In this document: piece after piece, positions 28,451 to 35,240 of the stretch | Numbering within the stretch: the stretch's first letter is position 1 | Layout: every line of letters begins with the position of its first letter | Assembly (NCBI GenBank): GCA_036005065.1 | Contig: DASYQW010000062.1 | Location: 569 to 64,568, forward strand | Reading direction: 5' to 3' | DNA: 64,000 nucleotides | Source of the DNA: Candidatus Methylomirabilota bacterium | GTDB taxonomy: Bacteria > Methylomirabilota > Methylomirabilia > Rokubacteriales > DASRDR01 | Translations under genes and position numbers: made by a program | The notes under the pieces: generated by a model | The model's input: the letters and a program-made list of their open reading frames with translations, nothing else | What the model was told of the DNA's origin: nothing | Databases searched by the model: none

Positions 28451-28614
28451 TCGGGGGGGTCTCGGAAGATCCCCCCGATGCCCCCCTCGTGGCGGCGGCG
28501 AAGCCGCCGCTCGGAGCACTCCTCGATGCACCGCGGGCTCGGTGGTCGGCGCCGGGTCGGGTTACTCCGACAGGCTCCTGGATCCTGGGAGGGGGCCTCG
28601 ACGGCTCCCTCCGA
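28451..28614. repeat. Composite hairpin repeat, copy 2
   Basis: 28451-28478 is TCGGGGGGGTCT-CGGA-AGATCCCCCCGA. 28492-28517 is GCGGCGGCGAAGCCGCCGCTCGGAGC. 28588-28614 is an inverted, slightly mismatched copy of the 13205 hairpin. Confidence 0.85.
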
Positions 28615-28641
28615 CACCTCTCGCGAAGCGTCCTCACCGGC

Positions 28642-28670
28642 TTGACTAAGTCTATGCCTTAGTCTACCGT
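28642..28670 (+). promoter_or_regulatory. vapBC promoter with overlapping operator
   Basis: TTGACT-N17-TACCGT, overlapped by the inverted repeat GACTAAG-N7-CTTAGTC (28644-28664). The ATG is 7 nt after the -10 and has no SD. Confidence 0.75.
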
Positions 28671-28677
28671 TGCCATC

Positions 28678-28911
28678 ATGAAGACAGTGAACGTTCACGA
28701 GGCAAAGACGCACCTCTCGCGCCTACTTGCGCGCGTCGCGCATGGCGAGGAGATCGTCATCGCCAAGGCGGGAAAGCCCATTGCCCGGCTGGTGCCGGTG
28801 GGCCCCGCCGCCGGTCAACGGGTCCTCGGCCTGGACCGGGGACGGGCGGTCATCGGTGACGATTTCGACGCCCCCCTTCCGGAAGACACGCTGGCGGCCT
28901 TCGAGACGTGA
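28678..28911 (+). CDS. Phd/YefM-family antitoxin
   Basis: MKTVNVHEAKTHLSRLLARVAHGEEIVIAKAGKPIARLVP. GTGA overlap with the toxin gene. Confidence 0.95.
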   Translation: MKTVNVHEAKTHLSRLLARVAHGEEIVIAKAGKPIARLVPVGPAAGQRVLGLDRGRAVIGDDFDAPLPEDTLAAFET

Positions 28912-29297
28912 GGATCCTGCTCGACACGCAGTGCTGGCTCTGGATGCTCATCGCGCCGGAACGCTTCTCTTCCGAGGGGCGGGCTCACCTCACGGCGCCC
29001 GAGAACGAGCTGCTTCTGTCCGCGGGCAGTGCCTGGGAGATCGCGATCAAGCATGCCCTCGGGCGGTTACGTCTGCCCATGGAGCCGGCCGAGTATGTGC
29101 CGAGCCGGCTCGCGGCGACAGGAACCTTGCCGCTCGCGATCGATCATCGCCATGCGCTCCGCGTGGGGCAGCTCCCGCCGCACCATCGGGATCCCTTCGA
29201 TCGCATCCTCATCGCGCAGGCGCAAGTCGAGGCGATCCCCATCCTGACCTCGGACCCGCACTTCGCGCGATATGAAGTCGACCTGCTTCCCGCCTGA
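28908..29297 (+). CDS. vapC: VapC/PIN-domain toxin
   Basis: ILLDT, SAWEIAIK, HRDPFDRILIAQA, ILTSD. Confidence 0.93.
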   Translation: MRILLDTQCWLWMLIAPERFSSEGRAHLTAPENELLLSAGSAWEIAIKHALGRLRLPMEPAEYVPSRLAATGTLPLAIDHRHALRVGQLPPHHRDPFDRILIAQAQVEAIPILTSDPHFARYEVDLLPA

Positions 29298-29440
29298 GCG
29301 AGCCGCCTCGCGGGAGGCCTCATGAACGTCGGTACCTCCGACCCCTGGGCGGAAGGACAGGCCTGGCGTATGATGCCGGAGCAATGGCGGTGACCAGCCT
29401 CGAGGTCCAGACGCGCGAGACCGTGCTGGACGGCCGGCCA

Positions 29441-29468
29441 TCGGGGGGGTCTTCCGAGACCCTCCCGA
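29441..29468 (-). repeat. Inverted copy of the CGGA-loop hairpin
   Basis: The reverse complement, TCGGGAGGGTCT-CGGA-AGACCCCCCCGA, differs at 2 positions from 28451-28478. Confidence 0.85.
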
Positions 29469-29525
29469 AGAACTAGCCGCCCCGCCGGCGCGACACCAAC
29501 GAATCGGCGAGCGGAGGTCGACACG

Positions 29526-31088
29526 ATGCGCACCGCCCTGGTCGCCGGGCTGGTCCTGCTGGCTCTTCTGGCCTCGGCGTGGCCGGCGTCGGCGCAGGGC
29601 GCGACCTTCTCGCTCCCGCTCATCGACAACGCCCGGATGTGGCCGCTAGTGGGGGGGCTCCCCAACATCCTGGTCAACAAGGTCGTCTACAGCACGCTGG
29701 TCAAGTACGATCCCAAGGACTGGACGCCGGTCGGCGACTTGGCCGAGCGCTGGACGGTGAGCGAGGACCGGCTCACCTGGACCTTCCATCTCCGCCGGGC
29801 CGTCACCTGGCACGATGGCAAGCCCCTCACCGCCCGCGACGTGAAGTTCACGATCGAGCGGCTCTGGCTCAATCCCCAGGTGCCGTTCTTCCAGCGGGCC
29901 AACGTCCAGGACATCAGCCGCGTCGACGTCGTCGACGACCACACCGTCCGCATCGCGACCAAGGTGCCCTTCGCCACGCTGCCCGTCATGCTGGGGTACC
30001 TGGCCAACATCCTCCCCGAGCACGTCCTGGGGAGCTACACCCCCGACCAGCTCCGCAACCCGGTCGACTTCCTGCGGAGCCCGATCGGCACCGGCCCCTT
30101 CCGCTTCGGCGAATCCGTGCTCGGCTCCCACATCCGGCTGGTCGCCTACGACCGCTACTTCCTGGGCCGCCCCCGGCTCGACGCCATCGTCTTCCGTGTC
30201 GTGGCCGACGTCGAGCAGCAGCTCGCCCAGCTCCAGACCGGCCAGCTGGACCTCATGATCATCGAGCCGCACCAGGTCCCGACCGTCCAGCGCATGCCGA
30301 ACGTCCAGATCGTGGACGCCCCCCAGGTCAACTACGCGTTCGTCGGCCTGAACCACAAGGCGGAGCCCTTCGGCGACCGAAAGGTGCGCCAGGCACTCGC
30401 CCTCGCCGTCGACCGCAAGGCGATCCTCGACAGGATCTACCTGGGCAAGGGGCGCCTCGCCACCGGACCCATCAACCCGCTCGTCGGGTGGGCCTACACC
30501 GACGCGGTGGACCAGTATCCCTACGACCCGGCGCGTGCCCAGCGGCTCCTCGACGAGGCGGGCTGGACCAGGGGCTCCGACGGAATCCGCCGGAAGGGCG
30601 GGCAGCCCCTTCGCTTCACGCTCGACTTCGACCGCGGCAACCCGGTCCGCGAGCAGACCGCGGTCGTGGTCCGCCAATACTGGCGAGACATCGGCGTCGA
30701 CGTCGAGCTGCGCGTCAGCGAGTTCAACGCCTTCCTGTCGCGCATCCGCACCCGGCCGAACCCGCTCCAGGCCTGGGTGCTGTGGTACATCACGCCGCCC
30801 GAGGCCGACCTCCTCGGCTACTACCACAGCCAGGGCACGCTCAACGAGTTCGGCTACGCGAACCCCGAGGTCGATCAGCTCCTCGAGAAGGGGCGCGCGA
30901 CCTTCGACCAGAAGGAGCGGGCCCGGATCTACCAGCAGGCGCAGAAGCTCATCGCCGCCGACGCGCCCGTCCTCTACCTGGTCTACCCGGCCGAGATCCA
31001 GGCGCTCGCCCGGCGCATCCAGGGCTGGGTCCCGATGGGCTACCGCGACGCGCTGACGCACATGGTCGGCGTCTCGGCCGCCCGCTGA
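29526..31088 (+). CDS. Dpp/Opp-type ABC substrate-binding protein
   Basis: Signal peptide, TWHDGKPLTARDVKFT, PIGTGPF. Confidence 0.92.
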   Translation: MRTALVAGLVLLALLASAWPASAQGATFSLPLIDNARMWPLVGGLPNILVNKVVYSTLVKYDPKDWTPVGDLAERWTVSEDRLTWTFHLRRAVTWHDGKPLTARDVKFTIERLWLNPQVPFFQRANVQDISRVDVVDDHTVRIATKVPFATLPVMLGYLANILPEHVLGSYTPDQLRNPVDFLRSPIGTGPFRFGESVLGSHIRLVAYDRYFLGRPRLDAIVFRVVADVEQQLAQLQTGQLDLMIIEPHQVPTVQRMPNVQIVDAPQVNYAFVGLNHKAEPFGDRKVRQALALAVDRKAILDRIYLGKGRLATGPINPLVGWAYTDAVDQYPYDPARAQRLLDEAGWTRGSDGIRRKGGQPLRFTLDFDRGNPVREQTAVVVRQYWRDIGVDVELRVSEFNAFLSRIRTRPNPLQAWVLWYITPPEADLLGYYHSQGTLNEFGYANPEVDQLLEKGRATFDQKERARIYQQAQKLIAADAPVLYLVYPAEIQALARRIQGWVPMGYRDALTHMVGVSAAR

Positions 31089-31140
31089 CGCCACCTCGTC
31101 CCTGCCCTGCCTCACCGTCTCTGCCGAGGCGCGACCGAAC

Positions 31141-32088
31141 GTGACACGCTATCTGATCCGCCGGGTCGGGCAGACGGTGGTCCTGCTCCTGGTGGTGAGC
31201 CTCGTCGTCTTCGCTCTCGTCACCCGGGCGCCCGGCGGTCCCGGGATCCTCCTCGACCGCAACATGGGGCCGAGCGAGATCGCCCAGATGCGTGCCCTCC
31301 TCGGCCTCGACCAGCCGCTCCACGTCCAGTACGTCCGCTGGCTCGGCCAGGTCCTCCGCGGCAACCTCGGCGTCTCCTACCAGGCCGGCATACCGGTCCT
31401 CGAGATCATCGGCCAGATGCTCCCCAACACCCTCGTGCTGTCGGCCGCCGCGCTGATCCTGTCGCTCGCGGTCGCGATCCCCGCCGGGGTGATCTCGGCG
31501 GCGCGGCCCTATTCGGCGACCGACCACGCCGTCACGCTCCTGGCCCTGTTCGGGATCTCGATACCGACCTTCTGGCTCGGGCTCATGCTCATCGTCCTCT
31601 TCTCCATCGTCCTCGGCTGGCTCCCGCCTGGCGGCATGCAGACCATCGGCGCCCCGTCGTCGGTCCTCGACCTCGTCCGGCACCTCGTCTTGCCGGCCGT
31701 CGTGCTGGGGACCGCCAACATGGCGCTCTTCGCCCGCTACACGCGCTCCTCCACGCTGGCGGTCCTCCGCCAGGACTATGTCCGCACCGCCCGCGCCAAG
31801 GGGCTGACCGAGGGCGCCGTCCTCTACCGCCACGCCCTCCGGAACGCGCTCCTCACCATCGTCACCGTGGTCGGCCTCCAGCTCCCCCGGCTGGTGGCCG
31901 GCGCCGCCATCACCGAGACCGTCTTCGCCTGGCCGGGGATGGGGAGCCTGGCCGTGCGCGCGGCTTTCGAGCGCGACTATCCGATGATCATGGGGATCAC
32001 CCTGGTCATCTCGGCCGTCGTGGCGGCCTCGAGCCTCCTGGTCGATCTCCTCTATGGCTACGTCGATCCGCGCATCCGCTACGATTGA
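31141..32088 (+). CDS. Dpp/Opp-type ABC permease (DppB-like)
   Basis: DYVRTARAKG, ETVFAWPGMG, YGYVDPRIR. Confidence 0.92.
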   Translation: MTRYLIRRVGQTVVLLLVVSLVVFALVTRAPGGPGILLDRNMGPSEIAQMRALLGLDQPLHVQYVRWLGQVLRGNLGVSYQAGIPVLEIIGQMLPNTLVLSAAALILSLAVAIPAGVISAARPYSATDHAVTLLALFGISIPTFWLGLMLIVLFSIVLGWLPPGGMQTIGAPSSVLDLVRHLVLPAVVLGTANMALFARYTRSSTLAVLRQDYVRTARAKGLTEGAVLYRHALRNALLTIVTVVGLQLPRLVAGAAITETVFAWPGMGSLAVRAAFERDYPMIMGITLVISAVVAASSLLVDLLYGYVDPRIRYD

Positions 32089-32953
32089 CCTCCCGGTCGC
32101 GCTCCCCGTCAGGGCCCCGGCCAGCCGGACGCTCGCCCGCTTCGGGCGCCACCGGCTGGCGGTAGCCGCCCTCGGCGTGCTGATTCTCGTGCATGCGCTC
32201 GTGCTGCTGGCGCCCTGGCTCGCGCCCTACAGCCCCGAGACCGTGTCCCTTCTGGAGCGGCTCCAGCCCCCGACCCGGGCGCACTGGCTCGGCACCGACG
32301 AGTACGGCCGGGACGTCCTGACCCGACTCCTCTATGGCGGGCGGGTGTCGCTGGCCGTCGCGCTCGCCTCGATGGCGGCGTCGCTCGTCCTCGGGGTGGC
32401 GGTGGGGGCGATCGGAGGGTACGCCGGCGGGCCGACCGACGCGGTTCTGATGCGGATCACGGACGCCATGCTGGCGATTCCCCTCTTCTTCATCGCGTTG
32501 ATGGCGCTCGCGATGCTGGGCGCCACGCTCGTGAACCTGGTGCTCGTGATCGCGCTGTCGTCGTGGATGACGGTGGCGCGGGCGGTGCGGGCCGAGGTGC
32601 TGCGGACGCGCGAGCTGGAGTTCACGCTGGCGGCCCGGGCGATCGGATGTAGCCGCCTGCGGGTCCTCGCGCGGCACGTGGTGCCGCAGTCGATCCCGAC
32701 CGTCACGGTCGCGGCGACGCTCGGCGTCGCGTTCGTGGTCCTGCTGGAGTCGTCGCTCTCGTTCCTGGGCCTCGGGGTCCAGCCGCCGGCGGCGTCGTGG
32801 GGCAACATGCTGAGCGGCGCCCGCGGGTACCTCCGCACGGTGCCGGGCCTCGCGGTGATGCCGGGCGTCCTGATCTTCGTCACGGTGCTCTGCTACAACT
32901 GGTTCGGCGACGGGCTGCGGGACGCGATCGACCCGACGCTGGCCCAACGCTGA
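32054..32953 (+). CDS. Dpp/Opp-type ABC permease (DppC-like)
   Basis: HWLGTDEYGRD, ESSLSFLGLG, GDGLRDAIDP. Confidence 0.92.
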   Translation: MATSIRASATIDLPVALPVRAPASRTLARFGRHRLAVAALGVLILVHALVLLAPWLAPYSPETVSLLERLQPPTRAHWLGTDEYGRDVLTRLLYGGRVSLAVALASMAASLVLGVAVGAIGGYAGGPTDAVLMRITDAMLAIPLFFIALMALAMLGATLVNLVLVIALSSWMTVARAVRAEVLRTRELEFTLAARAIGCSRLRVLARHVVPQSIPTVTVAATLGVAFVVLLESSLSFLGLGVQPPAASWGNMLSGARGYLRTVPGLAVMPGVLIFVTVLCYNWFGDGLRDAIDPTLAQR

Positions 32954-32971
32954 CCAAAAGGAGGCTGGGCA

Positions 32972-33859
32972 ATGCGCTACGCGTGGCCGAAGGGCAAGCG
33001 GTCGGCCGTCGTGCTCTCGTTCGACTTCGACGCCGAATCGGGGTTTCTCTTCCGTCAGCCGGAGAAGGCGCGACGGAGCCTGGCGGACCTCGAGGAGCGC
33101 CGGTTCGGGCCCCGGGTCGGGGTTGACCGGATCCTGAGGCTGCTCGATCGGGTGAAGCTCCGCGCGAGCTTCTTCATCCCCGGCTGGACCGTCGAGAATC
33201 ACCTGGCCGAGTCGAAGCGCATCCGCGACGCCGGCCACGAGATCGGCGCCCACGGGAACGTCCACGAGGCCGTCGACGGGATGGAGCGCGAGCCGGAGGA
33301 GGCCATCATGCGGGCCCAGCTGGCGATCCTCAAGGACCACCTCGGCGTCCGCCCGGCCGGCTACCGCTCCCCGTCGTGGGACGTCAACGTGTGGACCCCG
33401 GACATCTTGAAGGCCCACGGGTTCCTCTACGACACGTCCCTCATGGGCAACGACGTGCCCTACGAGATCGACACCGCTCACGGGCCGCTCGTCGAGGTGC
33501 CGGTCCAGTGGCTGCTCGACGATGCCCCGCTCTTCCGCCACGTCTACGGGGCCACCAACGCGATCGCCGACCCGGCTCGCGTCTTCACGCTCTGGAGCCG
33601 CGAGTTCGCCGGGATGCACGCCGAGAGCGGCTGCTTCGTGTTGACGTGCCACCCGTTCATCATCGGCCGCGCCTCCCGCATCGCCATGCTCGAAGAGCTC
33701 GTCCGCTACATGCGCCGATCCTCGGGCGTGTGGTTCACCACCTGCGAGGAGGTGGCCCGCTGGCACTCCGCGCAGCCGGCGACCCTGCCCCGGGCGCCGG
33801 CTCCGGGCCGAACGCCGCGCCCGCGGGCGTCGGCCGGCCGCGCGCGCCCGGCACGATAG
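32972..33859 (+). CDS. Polysaccharide deacetylase (CE4, PgdA/PuuE-like)
   Basis: SFDFD, HEIGAHGNVHE, GYRSP, FLYDTSLM, LTCHP. Confidence 0.9.
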   Translation: MRYAWPKGKRSAVVLSFDFDAESGFLFRQPEKARRSLADLEERRFGPRVGVDRILRLLDRVKLRASFFIPGWTVENHLAESKRIRDAGHEIGAHGNVHEAVDGMEREPEEAIMRAQLAILKDHLGVRPAGYRSPSWDVNVWTPDILKAHGFLYDTSLMGNDVPYEIDTAHGPLVEVPVQWLLDDAPLFRHVYGATNAIADPARVFTLWSREFAGMHAESGCFVLTCHPFIIGRASRIAMLEELVRYMRRSSGVWFTTCEEVARWHSAQPATLPRAPAPGRTPRPRASAGRARPAR

Positions 33860-33954
33860 CGGCGCGCGCGTCCCGGGCGCCCTCGGCGTGCGTCCAGCCG
33901 AGATCGCGGGCGCCGCCGAGCCGGCCCCTTCAGCCGCACCTTCAGCCGACCGCC

Positions 33955-33983
33955 TTGCCAAGGCTGCGAACAACCGCTATTCT
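33955..33983 (+). promoter_or_regulatory. Putative sigma70 promoter of the MT-like/rpsU/RRM unit
   Basis: TTGCCA-N17-TATTCT. Confidence 0.65.
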
Positions 33984-33988
33984 GTGGA

Positions 33989-34261
33989 GTGTCGCCAGGC
34001 ATTCCAGCGGAGCTGGTGGCAGGGGGGTTCTCCCGCGTGAGTCACCAGGCACCGCGTCCGTTCCATCGCCTCTCGAGCCCGGGACCCGCTTCCGCCTATC
34101 GCGAGGCGCCCTGTCGGCATCCCGCCTGCCGCTGCTCTGCCCGTCCGGAACGGCGGTACTGTAGCGACTCCTGCGCCGCCGTCGGCGCCGGGCGCGGATC
34201 GATCGGTGCCCCGTGCCAATGCGAACACGATCTCTGTACGGAAACCCGGCGTGAAGCGTAG
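33989..34261 (+). CDS. Small Cys/His-rich metallothionein-like protein
   Basis: C-terminal CRHPACRC-x6-RYCSDSC-x13-CQCEHDLC has 8 Cys and 2 His, including the YCSxxC core of SmtA-type bacterial metallothioneins. The start is either GTG 33989 (leaderless) or GTG 34037 (after AGGGGGG). Confidence 0.7.
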   Translation: MSPGIPAELVAGGFSRVSHQAPRPFHRLSSPGPASAYREAPCRHPACRCSARPERRYCSDSCAAVGAGRGSIGAPCQCEHDLCTETRREA

Positions 34262-34318
34262 CGCGCCGGAGAAGCCCTCGGTGGCCGCCCGAGCGCCCCG
34301 GGGCGGGGGGAGGCCTCG

Positions 34319-34513
34319 ATGAAGATCGAGGTATTCGACAACCAGATCGAGCCCGCGCTCAAGGCGCTCAAGAAAGAGATGGCCACCGGAGGCCTGTTCA
34401 AGGAGATGAAGCGACGGGCCTACTATGAGAAGCCTTCAGTGAGGCGGAAGCGCAAGCAAGCCGAGGCCCGGAAGCGGCGGCGACGGGCGGCCCGGCGCTC
34501 GCATGGCGACTAG
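34319..34513 (+). CDS. rpsU: 30S ribosomal protein bS21
   Basis: IEPALKALKK...FKEMKRRAYYEKPSVRRKRKQAEARKR. Strong SD GGGGAGG. Confidence 0.95.
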   Translation: MKIEVFDNQIEPALKALKKEMATGGLFKEMKRRAYYEKPSVRRKRKQAEARKRRRRAARRSHGD

Positions 34514-34600
34514 TGGATTGTCGGCCATGACCACGCGCCGCGTGAGGCCCGGTCACAGCGGACCTGATCGGTCCGCCACAACACGAGAGAGGAGGCGGCC

Positions 34601-34996
34601 ATTCCACCAAGGATCTTCGTAGGCAACCTGAGCTTCCAGACGACCGCGCAGCAGCTCACGCAGTTCCTGTCGGCGGCAGGCAACGTCGTAGGGGTCCACC
34701 TTCCCAGCGATCGCGAGACGGGCCAGCCTCGTGGTTTCGCGTTCGTGGAGTTTTCGAGCGAGGCCGAGGCGGCCGACGCCATCCGGCTCTTCAACGATCG
34801 GGACCTCGATGGCCGGAAGCTGCGGGTCAACATGGCCGACGATCGGCCGCCGCGGGCCGGCGGCTTTCGCACCGATCGGCCCTCCGGCTCCTTCGGCGCG
34901 GGCTCCCGCGGCGACGGTGCCCCGCCGCCCTCGAAGAGGCCGTTCAGGAGCAAGGGGAGCCGCCGCGGCATCCGGGCGCGCAAGCGGAGCCTCTGA
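34601..34996 (+). CDS. RRM (RNP-1) RNA-binding protein with a probable ATT start codon
   Basis: RNP2 IFVGNLSF and RNP1 RGFAFVEF are in one frame. There is an in-frame TGA at 34565 and no ATG/GTG/TTG before RNP2. GGAGG at 34591-34595 is 5 nt before the ATT at 34601. Confidence 0.85.
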   Translation: MPPRIFVGNLSFQTTAQQLTQFLSAAGNVVGVHLPSDRETGQPRGFAFVEFSSEAEAADAIRLFNDRDLDGRKLRVNMADDRPPRAGGFRTDRPSGSFGAGSRGDGAPPPSKRPFRSKGSRRGIRARKRSL

Positions 34997-35240
34997 CCGT
35001 CCGTTACCCTGGCATCCGGCTTCGTTTCGGGTGACACGGCGCGTTCCTCGGTCCCCCGGAGGGCGCGCACACCTCGCGCGTCGCCAGCACTCGCCCGCCT
35101 CACGCTCGCGCCGTCTCGGGTCCGCCACCGCGTTCGGGGCCGAAGGTCCTTCGGGCCGGCATCCCGAAGCGGCGTCGCGCGTCCGCGTCGACGGAGACCC
35201 CACCACGACGATCCAGCCGCGGTAGCCCGGAGATTCGAGC

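Noticed and set aside
29305-29318. GCCTC-GCGG-GAGGC as an intrinsic terminator after vapC
   Set aside because: Only a 5-bp stem with no U-tract.
33984-34318. A ~330-nt untranslated leader or riboswitch for rpsU
   Set aside because: No known riboswitch consensus recognised, and the region is better explained by the Cys-rich ORF.
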